From Nitrospirota bacterium (GTDB lineage: Bacteria > Nitrospirota > Nitrospiria > Nitrospirales > Nitrospiraceae), in NCBI GenBank assembly GCA_963701855.1, contig CAVPBK010000003.1, forward strand, positions 164,045-228,044: a DNA stretch of 64,000 nucleotides, read 5' to 3'. The notes beneath the pieces were generated by a model. That model saw only the letters and a list, made by a program, of their open reading frames with translations. It had not been told where the DNA came from and made no database searches. The translations under genes and the position numbers were made by a program. This document shows, piece after piece, positions 19,994-30,134 of the stretch; position 1 is the first letter of the stretch; every line of letters begins with the position of its first letter.

Positions 19994-20498
19994 CCCAGTC
20001 CCACACCTCCCCCCAGAGTCTCCATCGTCCGATCGTCAACGAGAAGCTATGGTGGCGACGGCCGAACTATTAGCTAAGGCTCTGGATACGACCGTCAAAA
20101 TTCCTGGCACACCATTTTATTTGGGGCTCGATCCGTTGCTCGGACTGATACCAGGAATCGGTGACATGCTGGCCAATCTCATCGGGACAGTGATACTGGT
20201 CTTGGCCGCCCGGCTTCAAGTGCCGCAGATCGTTATTGCACGGATGAGCCTGAATCTCCTCATCAACGGCACCATCGGGGCGATTCCCATCCTCGGCGAT
20301 CTCTTCTCCATCTGGTTTCGGAGTCACGCGAGAAATGCAGCGTTACTGCGGCGGGCTGCGGCTCAACCCTATCGAGAGACGCAACAGGCCAGGTTCTATG
20401 TGGCCGGCATTATCGGCGGAACCGTCGTGTTTCTGCTGCTCGCCATTGCAGCGGTTCTATGGATCGTCGTGAAGATTTGGACCGCAATCTCCCTGTAA
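19986..20498 (+). CDS. DUF4112 membrane protein
   Basis: IPGT..GLDPLLGLIPGIGD, GAIPILGDLF. Confidence 0.88.
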   Translation: MADPVPHLPPESPSSDRQREAMVATAELLAKALDTTVKIPGTPFYLGLDPLLGLIPGIGDMLANLIGTVILVLAARLQVPQIVIARMSLNLLINGTIGAIPILGDLFSIWFRSHARNAALLRRAAAQPYRETQQARFYVAGIIGGTVVFLLLAIAAVLWIVVKIWTAISL

Positions 20499-20502
20499 GC
20501 TA

Positions 20503-20639
20503 GCTGCGCAAGACGGGTTGATCTGGTTCATCGGGTTTATTTTGTTTATCTGGTTGGTCTTGTTTAACCAAACAAACGAGACAGACCAGATAAACCCAAT
20601 AACGGTCTTCGTGCGATGGCAGACCTTGTCAGTGTTCTG
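20503..20639. repeat. Degenerate copy of the MITE-like element with 9-mer palindromic core
   Basis: TCTGGTTCA-like units, then AACCAAACAAACGAGACAGACCAGATAAAC, ending GGCAGACCTTGTCAGTGTTCTG, similar to 37469-37598. Confidence 0.65.
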
Positions 20640-20766
20640 CCGGACGGGGCAGCTCCGTGACCCTGCACGGTTGTTTTTCTGAGGTGGGAGGCTTTATAGT
20701 TCCCGCCCATTAGGCTATGGAGGGTAGGGTGCCATGGTTTCTTTCAACAGAATGCGGAGGCGGTTC

Positions 20767-21591
20767 ATGAGGACGATGCTTGTGCTGGTTGCGTTGCTTG
20801 GGCTCGCTGCTTATCCGGCGATGGCCGCGGCGCCTGTTGAGAAGGGCGCCAAGGAATCGGCTATGGGGAAAAAGCAGAGTCAGGAGACGCCTGTGGCGGC
20901 CAAACCGCCAGAGGGAGCGATGGTGGTGGTGCCGGCTGGGGAATTCATGATGGGAAGTGCGGCGGGAGATTCAGACGAACAACCGGAGCACAAGGTCCAT
21001 GTGGATGCTTTTTCCATGGATGTGTATGAAGTGACGGTAGGGCAGTATGCGGCGTTTCTGCAGGCGAAAGGGATCGATCCACCTTCGGATTGGAAGACGA
21101 TGAATCAACCGGCGCATCAAAAGCGCCCGATTGCCAATGTGGATTCGACGGATGCGTCCGCGTACTGCAAATGGGCCGGCAAGCGTCTGCCGACAGAGGC
21201 GGAGTGGGAGAAGGCGGCGCGGGGGACAGATGGCCGCATTTATCCGTGGGGCAACGATCCTCCGACCCCGCTTCATGCGAACTTTGGGAAAACTGAGTGG
21301 AGCAATCACGGGGTATTGGCGCCGGTGGGTTCGTTTGAGTCGGGCAAGAGTCCCTATGGCATCTATGACATGGCGGGGAATGTCTGGGAATGGGTGAGCG
21401 ATTGGTATGACTATAACTACTATAAAAGCAGCCCATCGCTGAACCCGACAGGACCGTCATCGGGTGGGACCAAAGCGATTCGTGGCGGTGCCTGGAACAG
21501 CAATCCTCGGGCCATGCGTTCTTCGAATCGGAGCCTCATTTCTCCGACGGACCAGGGACTCAACGGGTTTCGGTGCGCAAAGACTCCGTAG
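20767..21591 (+). CDS. FGE-sulfatase (SUMF1/EgtB/PvdO) fold exported protein, copy 1
   Basis: GEFMMGS, RLPTEAEWEKAARG, DMAGNVWEW, GFRCA; lacks the FGE catalytic CxxxxC. Confidence 0.9.
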   Translation: MRTMLVLVALLGLAAYPAMAAAPVEKGAKESAMGKKQSQETPVAAKPPEGAMVVVPAGEFMMGSAAGDSDEQPEHKVHVDAFSMDVYEVTVGQYAAFLQAKGIDPPSDWKTMNQPAHQKRPIANVDSTDASAYCKWAGKRLPTEAEWEKAARGTDGRIYPWGNDPPTPLHANFGKTEWSNHGVLAPVGSFESGKSPYGIYDMAGNVWEWVSDWYDYNYYKSSPSLNPTGPSSGGTKAIRGGAWNSNPRAMRSSNRSLISPTDQGLNGFRCAKTP

Positions 21592-21755
21592 GTCGTACAT
21601 CGAATAGTTAAACCCCACACAGACGGTGGAGATAGGACAGCCTCGAGGCTCTGTACGGTTGTGTTTCTGAGGTGCGAGGCTTTATAGTTCCCGCCCATTG
21701 GGCTATGTGAGGAGGAGAATGGCATGGTTTCTTTAGTAGAAAGCGGAGGCCGTTG

Positions 21756-22586
21756 ATGAGAAGGATACTTGCACTGGTTGCGTTGCTTGGGCTCGCGGCT
21801 TACCCGGCGATGGCCGCCCCACCCGATGAGAAGGGGGCTAAGGAGTTAGTCATGGGGCAGAAACTGAGTCAAGAGAGGCCTGCAGCGCCTAAACCGCCGC
21901 TAGGCTCTATGGTGGTGATACCGGCTGGGGAATTTACGATGGGGAGTCAGGATGGCGATCCGGACGAACGACCGGCGCACAAGGTCTCTGTGGATAGTTT
22001 TTCCATCGATGTCTATGAAGTGACGGTGGGACAGTACGCGGACTTTCTACGGTCTGGGGGAGGTCATTTGCCTCCGGACTGGGAAAAGATGAACCAAATG
22101 AAATACCAAAAGCATCCGGTCATGGGTGTGGATTGGGCGGACGCAGCCGCATTTTGTAAATCAGTAGGGAAACGTTTACCGACAGAGGCGGAGTGGGAGA
22201 AGGCAGCACGGGGGACGGATGGTCGCCTGTATCCGTGGGGCAATGATCCTCCGACGTCGCGTCATGCAAATTATGGGAGAAATGGCTCGAACGACTATGC
22301 GGCATTGGTGCCGGTGGGCACATTTGAAGATGGCAAGAGCCCCTATGGCGTCTATGATATGGCTGGGAATGTCTGGGAGTGGGTCAGCGACTGGTATGAC
22401 TCGGACTATTATAAGAAAAGCCCGCAGCAGAATCCGGAAGGGATGCCGACGGGCGGGTTCAAAGTGATCCGTGGCGGAGCCTTGAACACCAGCGCACGAA
22501 CCCTGCGATCCTCGGATCGGTACTGGGATCCCCCGTCGTTCCGGAGCTTATACCTCCCGGGGTTTCGGTGCGCGAAGAAGCCGTAG
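21756..22586 (+). CDS. FGE-sulfatase fold exported protein, copy 2 (tandem paralog)
   Basis: Same motifs as copy 1; about 100 bp of upstream DNA is also duplicated (from 20663 and from 21651). Confidence 0.9.
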   Translation: MRRILALVALLGLAAYPAMAAPPDEKGAKELVMGQKLSQERPAAPKPPLGSMVVIPAGEFTMGSQDGDPDERPAHKVSVDSFSIDVYEVTVGQYADFLRSGGGHLPPDWEKMNQMKYQKHPVMGVDWADAAAFCKSVGKRLPTEAEWEKAARGTDGRLYPWGNDPPTSRHANYGRNGSNDYAALVPVGTFEDGKSPYGVYDMAGNVWEWVSDWYDSDYYKKSPQQNPEGMPTGGFKVIRGGALNTSARTLRSSDRYWDPPSFRSLYLPGFRCAKKP

Positions 22587-22598
22587 CCCACAGCAGGG

Positions 22599-22672
22599 TA
22601 GGCTTAGGCTGAAGCTGGGAAGGCTGAAGGTCGGAGTCCGAACATTTCAGTCTTCAGCCTAACCTTCAGCCG
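22599..22672. repeat. Palindromic cluster of AGGCTGAAG/CTTCAGCCT units between convergent genes
   Basis: AGGCTT-AGGCTGAAG...AGGCTGAAGG followed by TTCAGTCTTCAGCCT...CTTCAGCC. Confidence 0.6.
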
Positions 22673-22690
22673 CGCCTGTCGCCTACATAG

Positions 22691-23284
22691 CTATTTCACT
22701 GGAATGCTGATCACAATCGCACCCATAACGTCATTGATCTTGAAGTCCCGTTTTGGGCTGTCCGGATGGGAATTATGGCAGCCAATACATGCCTGGGCCA
22801 CAGCAAGATCTGGATAGACGGCCTGGAAATAGCGGGCTCCCCCTTCCTTCACAAAACCGGTATAGGGTTTAGTTGGATGAGTGAGGACTGTCCCCAGGCC
22901 GATCTTCTCAAACTCGGTTGAGCCAACATTCCGCTTATTGATCGGCCAGAGGCTGATCAATCGATACTGTACGCCAATGCCTTTTCTTGCCATGACGCGG
23001 CCAGATTCCATCAGGAATTGCGCCGGGAGCGGCAGCGTATTTTTCTCTTCCCAGTTCTCTGAGGCCACGACCACTCCCTTAGACTGCATCCGTTCAACGA
23101 CATGCTTGGTGTATACCTCACGGTCCGCTTCAATCATGGCGTACAGATAGTCCGCCACCGTTTCGACGGGCAGACTCACAGCTGCCCCTTCCGCCGTTGC
23201 GCTACTCGGCCACGCTAATCCGATGATGCCCAACCAGAACACCAGCACGAGAACTCCCGATTGCCACTTGCTGGAGGATGTCAT
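22691..23284 (-). CDS. DUF3365/Tll0287-like monoheme c-type cytochrome
   Basis: Signal peptide, LPLPAQF, YRLISLWPIN, CIGCH, FKINDVMGAIVI. Confidence 0.85.
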   Translation of the reverse strand: MTSSSKWQSGVLVLVFWLGIIGLAWPSSATAEGAAVSLPVETVADYLYAMIEADREVYTKHVVERMQSKGVVVASENWEEKNTLPLPAQFLMESGRVMARKGIGVQYRLISLWPINKRNVGSTEFEKIGLGTVLTHPTKPYTGFVKEGGARYFQAVYPDLAVAQACIGCHNSHPDSPKRDFKINDVMGAIVISIPVK

Positions 23285-23896
23285 AGAGACCTCCTTGGTT
23301 TCTTCGTGGACGCCCCGGTGTCATTCGCCGCGGTTCCATGAAGGGGTGAGGGGTATTGTGGATCAGAGGGTCCACAATTGTAGCGATGGGCAGGTGGATC
23401 AGTTCGATCGTCGAGATGGAGTCAGGAAAATGGTGAGGGGAGTGGAAGCCGTGATTTGTTCGAGGCGATTGAGTTAGCTGGTCGTTGCGATCTCTGGATG
23501 GGTAGAAGGAAACCGTACAGTAGGAAAATACCGAAGCCATGGCCCGGTTCTCCCTGTCAGCATGATGCAGCGTATCCACTGAATCATGTGACGAGTCATC
23601 ATACTCTTCACTCTGCAAGCTGTCCAATTACCAGGCTCAATACAATTCTCGGTTGGAGAAACAGGAGCAGGTCTTGGGATCATACGTCGTAAGGGGGAAA
23701 GGTTTTCGTGCCTCATCAACAGGCCTATCGGGCAAGAAGAGTGTCGGTCAGCCAAGATTGTGCCTTGTGTGGGTGTTCATGGAGTGACCGTCAGTTGTCG
23801 CTTGAAGCAGGGTAAGGGTGCCAATATTGGATTGCACGCCTGACGTCCATTGTGCATGTATACGATCGGCAGAAATTCCTGGTTCTTGCCCTCCGC

Positions 23897-24416
23897 TTAG
23901 CTCTGCCAGTTCGCCCGGAGCAGGTCTTCATTCTCTTCATAGCGACAGGTGAATGTGCCGTGATGTGCGCGATGCAGAGCCTCGCCAATGCGTCGTGCGA
24001 GATGGGGGTCAGTCGTGGTGATGATCACCCCTTCGGGCTCTTCGGCTTGGTCCTCGATCTTGATAATTCGAGCCAATGGATGTTCGGCTTTGATACTGGC
24101 CTCTTCATTGCGGGCGAGCCCGAGAACCTGATCCCGATGCGAGGTGACAAACTTATCGGTGAGCAGTAGCACTCCGCTCGGCGCGCCATCCCGTATCCGT
24201 TCACAGGCAGGGCACACGAGCGCGTGACTCTTCGCCGGGGCAGGAGCCCATGCCCACCGGCCTGTGTGGTAGACCGCTTTGCACTCACGACACACCGACG
24301 GCTCCAGGGTTTTACCCTTTGCCTTGTAGAGGTCATGCTTTCGGGCTCGAACAGATGTGTGAAAGATTCTGATCATTCTGCCAGGAAGGAAAGCCCCCCG
24401 TAGGCCCTTTCCGCAC
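23897..24416 (-). CDS. BCAM0308-family protein with probable N-terminal 1-bp frameshift
   Basis: HDLYKAKGK..EPSVCRECKAVY..GRW..CPAC..HPLARI..TTDPHLARRIGEAL; the AGGAG-preceded GTG at 24416 is out of frame with ATG 24376. Confidence 0.75.
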
Positions 24417-24862
24417 CAGCCTACTCCTACTGCACCGCTCTAACAGAATGCCAAATCGGCACGTACAATGCCACATGGCAGAAGGATGTGTAGGGGAATT
24501 CTGCCAAGCTCTAGATGAATACGAGAGGATTAGGCGCAGGGATGGACCACTCCCAATAAGGCTGTGGTGTTATTTGTCACAACCAAACGGAGATCCTGTT
24601 CCCTAATGCCACAGTCGGAGTGGTCAATCGCGGTGAACATCTCTAGTTCCATAGCGTGAAGATTTAGAAGGGTTCAGCACACAATCACATCGGGAAGAAC
24701 CGTGAAATTAAGAGACTGTCAAAGCGCTGGGGTATGAAGTCACCAGGCTCAGGAGAATTTAATATTGTCCTCTTCAAACTTGAAGATCTCCCGTCAGATG
24801 CGCGGAGCGAGACCACAATCGATGATGTGAGGAAGGCGCTTCGATTGTGACCAACTTGTTTA

Positions 24863-24982
24863 TGGTCTGTCTGGTTTCTCCGATTCATCTGGTTTGTTTA
24901 GTTTGTCTCATTCATTTGGTTGAACCAGACTAACCGGATAAACCAGAAAAACCAGATGAACCAGATGAACCAGACACACCAG
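24863..24982. repeat. Palindromic array of 9-mers (TCTGGTTTR / AACCAGATG)
   Basis: TGGTCTGTCTGGTTT...CATCTGGTTTG, then AAACCAGAAAAACCAGATGAACCAGATGAACCAGAC. Confidence 0.75.
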
Positions 24983-25194
24983 GGCAACCAGCCAGTTCTC
25001 ACGCATCACAGGGGGACGATCTGTTCGTGACGGAAGGCGCGGGAGGAAGGCCACCTTGGAGGAATGACTGCCGAGCTCTCAATCTCTTCAAGCGAAGTGA
25101 CCGACTCCAATGACTCAATGGTCATGTCAGAACCCACTTGAGCTGGTCCGTCACTAAGTCCGTTGTTCGACTGCGACACTCAGGTGAGACACCG

Positions 25195-25347
25195 TTAAAA
25201 CAGGGTATAGATAAACGGCGCCACTGCCGACCCCTGGGTCAGAACAATCAGGCTTCCCAGGAGTACGAGCACGACAATGATGGGCAGGAGCCAGAATTTC
25301 TTGCGCTCCTTCATGAACGCCCAGAGCTCCATCACAAACTCGCCCAT
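25195..25347 (-). CDS. DUF5989 / SxtK-like small membrane protein (50 aa)
   Basis: Manual translation MGEFVMELWAFMKERKKFWLLPIIVVLVLLGSLIVLTQGSAVAPFIYTLF*; AGGAGG RBS; not in ORF track. Confidence 0.9.
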   Translation of the reverse strand: MGEFVMELWAFMKERKKFWLLPIIVVLVLLGSLIVLTQGSAVAPFIYTLF

Positions 25348-25374
25348 GCGCACCTCCTATTGACACGCGTCGGG

Positions 25375-25770
25375 TTAAAACTGATGTTTCATATGGGACG
25401 GGGGTCTCGGCGAGCGGACCACTCGATAGGTCGTACTCGACTCGGCAAACCCCCGCCGCATTGTATCTTTCCCCATCAGACGAAACACCAGGCCAATGGG
25501 GGTCACCAGGACATAAAATACGATACCGAGCAGAATCCTGGTGTTGATCCACCCCAGAATATGCCCGACCCACATCCACCCGGTATGCACGGGTGCTAGT
25601 ACAGAGGGCCGCACTCCCCCGCACGCGATGAGCAGGCCTCCGAGTCCGAGTGCCCACAGGCGCAGCGGCTCCCCACGAAAGACGAGTGGCCACAGACCGA
25701 TCACGGTAAAGACCGCGCCGACCAACAGTCCAAATTGCCGGAGCTCTTTGCGTGTGGCGGCCTGCTCCAT
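25375..25770 (-). CDS. SxtJ-family membrane protein
   Basis: ELRQFGLLVG, WMWVGHILGWINTRILLGIVFY.LVTPIG. Confidence 0.88.
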   Translation of the reverse strand: MEQAATRKELRQFGLLVGAVFTVIGLWPLVFRGEPLRLWALGLGGLLIACGGVRPSVLAPVHTGWMWVGHILGWINTRILLGIVFYVLVTPIGLVFRLMGKDTMRRGFAESSTTYRVVRSPRPPSHMKHQF

Positions 25771-25790
25771 GGTCCCTCTTCCTCGTTTAG

Positions 25791-27635
25791 CTAGTCGAGC
25801 GCGAATTCTTTCTTCCAATCAGAATCCCCTGCCAGGGGCGCCTGATCCGCTTTCCGTAACACATAATTCTCGATCACGAGCACATCCATCTCCGTCCGCA
25901 TGAAACAGCGATACGCATCTTCCGGTGTGCAGACAATGGGCTCGCCTCGCACATTGAACGACGTATTCACACAGGTGGCATACCCGGTCTTTGCCTCAAA
26001 CGCCTTGAGCAACTTGTAGTACCGGGGATTCGTCTCCTCGTGCACCGTCTGGACCCTGGCCGAATAGTCGATGTGCGTGACGGAGGGAATGTCTGAGCGT
26101 GGCACATTGAGTAACTCGATGCCCCAGAGCGCTTTCCGGCCTGGATCGAACGGCAGTCGTCGTTTTTCCAGCACCGGGGCCACGAGCAGCATGTAGGGAC
26201 TATCACAGTCCATCTGGAAGTAGTCCGACACCCGCTCTCTCAACACGGACGGCGCAAAGGGTCTGAATGACTCCCGGTACTTAATCTTGAGGTTCAACAC
26301 GGACTGCATGGTTGTGTTCCGCGCATCCCCCAGAATACTGCGCCCGCCAAGCGATCGTGGGCCAAACTCCATCCGTCCCTGATGCCACCCCACGACTTTT
26401 CCCTCCGCCAGTTCATCGGCCACCCAATCATACAACTCCGTCTCATCAAGCCGACGAGACACCGCGCCCAGGGTCTTCAGCCTGGCTTCGACCTCCTCGT
26501 TGCTGAATGCCGGCCCCAGATAGCTCCCCTTCATGTTGTCGTGAATATTGTCTGCGGTCCTGGGCTTGTTCTCATACTGGTGCCAGGCGCTCAGCGCCGC
26601 CCCCACCGCCCCGCCGGCATCGCCGGCGGCCGGCTGAATCCACATCCCTTTAAACGGTCCCTCCCGCAGCACTCGTCCATTCCCGACACAATTGAGCGCG
26701 ACACCACCGGCCAAGCAGAGATAGTCCACTCCGGTTTCCCGATGCATGGTCCGTGACAACCGCAGCATGACCTCTTCCGTCACTTCTTGAATCGATCGAG
26801 CCAAATCCATCTCGCGCTGACCGAACTTTGACTCGGCCTTACGAGGGGGGCCGCCGAACACCTCGTCAAACTTGCCGCTCGTCATGGTCAAGCCGGTGCA
26901 GTAATTGAAATATTCCATGTTCATTCGGAACGTGCCGTCCGGTTTGAGATCAATCAGGTGTTCATAAATGGCTTTGACATACTTGGGCTCTCCGTACGGA
27001 GCCAGCCCCATGACTTTGTATTCACCGGAGTTGACTTTGAACCCCGTATAATAGGTGAAGGCGGAATACAGGAGACCGATCGAGTGAGGAAACGGAATGT
27101 CCCACAGTGGCGTTAATGTATTGCCCTCCCCCAACCACGCCGAGGTGGTGGCCCACTCCCCAACCCCGTCCATGCAGAGCACGCCCGCCCGTTCATAGGG
27201 GGAGGGGTAGAAGGCTGAGGCGGCGTGGGACTCATGATGTTCGCCGAAGAGAAACTCCGGTAAGGCCGCCTTCGCGAGGCCGTTCGAACAGGCCAGCACT
27301 TCTTTTTGCAGCAAGGTGCGCAGAAAGAGCTTCTCTTTTAACCACACCGGCATCGCGGCCAGGAAGGATTGGATGCCTTGGGGGGCGAATCCCAGGTAGG
27401 TTTCTAACAATCGCTCAAACTTGATGAGCGGCTTGTCATAAAATACGACGTATGTCAGATCCTTGATGCCGATTCCGGCCTGGCCCAGACAATACTCCAC
27501 CGCTCGGCGCGGGAATCCCGGGTCGTGCTTCTTGCGCGTAAACCGCTCTTCTTGTGCCGCCGCAACAATCTCGCCGTCCTGCACCAGGCACGCCGCGCTA
27601 TCGTGGTAAAAGGCTGATATGCCGAGTATGTACAT
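25791..27635 (-). CDS. O-carbamoyltransferase (NodU/CmcH/SxtI family)
   Basis: ILGISAFYHDSAA, EHHESHAASAF, GEYKVMGLAPYG, QPAAGDAG, FGPRSLG, KYRESFRPFAP, NTSFNVRGEP. Confidence 0.95.
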   Translation of the reverse strand: MYILGISAFYHDSAACLVQDGEIVAAAQEERFTRKKHDPGFPRRAVEYCLGQAGIGIKDLTYVVFYDKPLIKFERLLETYLGFAPQGIQSFLAAMPVWLKEKLFLRTLLQKEVLACSNGLAKAALPEFLFGEHHESHAASAFYPSPYERAGVLCMDGVGEWATTSAWLGEGNTLTPLWDIPFPHSIGLLYSAFTYYTGFKVNSGEYKVMGLAPYGEPKYVKAIYEHLIDLKPDGTFRMNMEYFNYCTGLTMTSGKFDEVFGGPPRKAESKFGQREMDLARSIQEVTEEVMLRLSRTMHRETGVDYLCLAGGVALNCVGNGRVLREGPFKGMWIQPAAGDAGGAVGAALSAWHQYENKPRTADNIHDNMKGSYLGPAFSNEEVEARLKTLGAVSRRLDETELYDWVADELAEGKVVGWHQGRMEFGPRSLGGRSILGDARNTTMQSVLNLKIKYRESFRPFAPSVLRERVSDYFQMDCDSPYMLLVAPVLEKRRLPFDPGRKALWGIELLNVPRSDIPSVTHIDYSARVQTVHEETNPRYYKLLKAFEAKTGYATCVNTSFNVRGEPIVCTPEDAYRCFMRTEMDVLVIENYVLRKADQAPLAGDSDWKKEFALD

Positions 27636-27707
27636 CGTGAGCCGCTCCTAGCTAGCGCTGAAGCATACGTTTATTGCGTCGAGAAAGTACTCGTACGAAA
27701 GCAGGGA

Positions 27708-27782
27708 GCTGGTTATTCTGGTTTGCGGGTTCATTTTGTTTGTTTTGTTGAGCGACATCAAAGAAACCAGAGGCACCAGATA
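27708..27782. repeat. Degenerate 9-mer palindromic repeat between pepM and the carbamoyltransferase
   Basis: CTGGTTATTCTGGTTTGCGGGTTCATTTTGTTTG...AAACCAGAGGCACCAGAT. Confidence 0.5.
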
Positions 27783-27796
27783 GGGCTCCCGGCCGG

Positions 27797-29431
27797 TTAA
27801 AAGTTTCCAGCCTCGACCACATCCTCGATGCTGTTGATGTCAAGCCAGTGACCTGCTGTATAGAGTACCCGGATGGGATATTGCCGTTTCAAGAGTTCTT
27901 GGAGCAGCTGGGGGATGCCGGTTTTGCGGTTGGCTGGCTTTGCCAGCATTTCTACAATGATGTCGGTGACGAGTGTGGCCGCACTGGGTGAGACTTTGAG
28001 GAATCCCATCCAGACCCCATGGATGGATTCTTTGGGGAGACTGTCGCCCAATTGCTTGAGATAGATTTTGGCGTTAAAGGCCTTTCTCGAATTTGGAATA
28101 GTGCACTCGGTAAATCCGCCGAGGCGGGCATAGCTGCTCTGCTCCTGCCAGTTACTATCGACGAAAATCACGCAGTTATCCGTTTCCTGGCAGAGAGACT
28201 GGGGAATGTATTTGTTGAACAGGACATCGCCGTAGGAAATGACCGTGCTCTGTGTCGGTCCTTTCCGGGATCGGAGGGCTTTCAAGAGGGAATCCAGTTC
28301 GCCTGTATCTGCAAAGTCGTCATTATCGACATAGGTCAGGTTGGGCAGATTGACGGCTTCTTTTTTATACCCACGGACTACTACGATATCCTTGATGCCG
28401 ACGGCATTGTAGGCGTCGACAATGTGGGAAAGGATCGGTGCGCCCTGGATGTTGACCATCGTTTTAGGTTGCTGTCCGGTGAGTTCTCCCAGTTCTTTTC
28501 CTCGGGAGGCAGCCAATACAATGGCGTAGGTATCTTCGGCGCCTTTGGGTAGATAGCGGTCTTCAGCCTCTTGGAGCTCCGCGGCGTTTTGCAGGCGGAA
28601 GATTTCTGAGACCGGCGCGACTTTGTCTTCAATGGAGAGCAGGTGTTCCTGCTCCTTGAGTGTCCGAGCAGTTTTTTGCATAGCAGCCACGGCAGTCCGC
28701 AGCATGTGATTGGCCCATATGACCATCGAAAATCCATGTTGCCGAAACACATCAGTGGGTGTGGCGTAATACTTCGTAGGCACGATGATGACGGGGCAGC
28801 GATTGCCCCACTCCTGCTTGAATGCCAGGATTTCATCCGGCACCGACAGGGCACTGTGAATGAGGATGCCATCTGCCCCTGCTTGATGATAGGCCTCGGC
28901 GCGTCTTAAAGCTTCCGCCAGCCCCCAGCCGCAGATGAAGGCTTCGACTCGGGCGATTATGGAAAAGTCAGGATCGGTTTGCGCGTCCTTGCCTGCCTTG
29001 ATCTTGCCGCAGAACTCCTGCATGTCCGCCATTGGTTGGGCGTTCCCCTTGATAAAACTATTCGTCTTGGGAAAGAGTTTGTCTTCGATGCAGACCGCGG
29101 CAATGCGGCGTTGCTCCAGTTTACGGACCAGTCGCTGCATGTTATTGAAATTTCCGTACCCCGTATCGCCATCAAGGAGGATCGGAATCGTGGTCGCATC
29201 GGACATGAATTCCAGGTTTTCCAGGACTTGAGTCCAGCTGGCTTCGTTGTTGTCACGGACGCCGAATTGCGCAGAAATGGAAAGACCGCTGGCCCAAATG
29301 CCTCGAAATCCGGCTTCTTGAACGATTTTAGCGCTGAGGCCATTGTGGGCTTCACAGATGAATTCCAACTGTTCCGACAAGAGGAGTTTCCTAAATTGAT
29401 GCGATTGAGAGATGCCTGGTGTTGAGCTCAT
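27797..29431 (-). CDS. pepM: Phosphoenolpyruvate mutase fused to a C-terminal nucleotidyltransferase-like domain
   Basis: [15 protein letters not shown], diagnostic [11 protein letters not shown]-terminal IVLAASRG...PKTMV...VRGYK...ISYGDVLF...WLDINS. Confidence 0.95.
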   Translation of the reverse strand: MSSTPGISQSHQFRKLLLSEQLEFICEAHNGLSAKIVQEAGFRGIWASGLSISAQFGVRDNNEASWTQVLENLEFMSDATTIPILLDGDTGYGNFNNMQRLVRKLEQRRIAAVCIEDKLFPKTNSFIKGNAQPMADMQEFCGKIKAGKDAQTDPDFSIIARVEAFICGWGLAEALRRAEAYHQAGADGILIHSALSVPDEILAFKQEWGNRCPVIIVPTKYYATPTDVFRQHGFSMVIWANHMLRTAVAAMQKTARTLKEQEHLLSIEDKVAPVSEIFRLQNAAELQEAEDRYLPKGAEDTYAIVLAASRGKELGELTGQQPKTMVNIQGAPILSHIVDAYNAVGIKDIVVVRGYKKEAVNLPNLTYVDNDDFADTGELDSLLKALRSRKGPTQSTVISYGDVLFNKYIPQSLCQETDNCVIFVDSNWQEQSSYARLGGFTECTIPNSRKAFNAKIYLKQLGDSLPKESIHGVWMGFLKVSPSAATLVTDIIVEMLAKPANRKTGIPQLLQELLKRQYPIRVLYTAGHWLDINSIEDVVEAGNF

Positions 29432-29448
29432 GGATTCCCTTCCTTTAG

Positions 29449-29571
29449 CAGGATGCTGAAAAAGTCCGTCAGCATCGTTCTCACATCGTTCAGATCCTCA
29501 ACGTGCCCCAGAGGGTACGCTTCCGGTCTTTACTCGTTGTGGCCTGCTGAACGGCCTTTTTGAGCATCCTG
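29449..29571. mobile_element. MITE-like element, family A (GC-hairpin core)
   Basis: TIRs CAGGATGCTGAAAAA / TTTTTGAGCATCCTG; near-identical inverted copy at 35870-35994. Confidence 0.8.
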
Positions 29572-29870
29572 CTGGATTCTTCTCCTGGTGTGCCACATAG
29601 TCCTGTTCGGGACGGTACGGCGGTGGCGTACATGCTGGCTGTAAAGAATACCGTTTTCCCCTGGAGAAATCACCTTGCCTTTAAAAGGGCGTGAGACGTA
29701 AGACATGAAAGGTGAAACGTGAGGAGATGGGAGGGTATTGCGGATGACTAGCGGGGCTGATGCCGCTACGGTGGTCCTCGTGTATCATGCGATGTCAATT
29801 AGGGTCTTGGCGTTGTCGATGACAGGCCCGCACAGTCGCGGAGAAAAGGACTCTCAACTTGGAGGGAACT

Positions 29871-30128
29871 ATGTCCATTAAGAGAATCGTTCCACGGAAG
29901 CGTGTGCAAGGTCGAGTGGTTAGTCGGGCGAAGAAGAAATCCGCTATGAAGCGAGGAGATTCGAGGCTGAGCCGACGGCTGCAGGATCTGCGAGAACAGG
30001 TTGATATTGTGTTGCCGGAGATGATCGCCCGGATTGCGGCGCTGGAGCATCTGTTGCGCGAGAAGCAGCTCTGCACCAGAAAGGACCTGATCGCCGCACG
30101 CCAGTTCGTGCGCATGCAAGAGGCGTAG
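29871..30128 (+). CDS. Small basic hypothetical protein
   Basis: GGAGG RBS, 85 aa. Confidence 0.7.
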   Translation: MSIKRIVPRKRVQGRVVSRAKKKSAMKRGDSRLSRRLQDLREQVDIVLPEMIARIAALEHLLREKQLCTRKDLIAARQFVRMQEA

Positions 30129-30134
30129 AAGGTT

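Noticed and set aside
20734..20766. Upstream ATG as the start of FGE copy 1
   Set aside because: The equivalent ATG in copy 2 (21724) is out of frame, and both copies have GGAGG before the later ATG
24863..24982. CRISPR array
   Set aside because: Units are 9 bp, degenerate and palindromically arranged, with no spacers and no cas genes
25195..27635. Saxitoxin biosynthesis cluster
   Set aside because: Only SxtI/J/K-like genes are present; no sxtA, sxtG or other core genes
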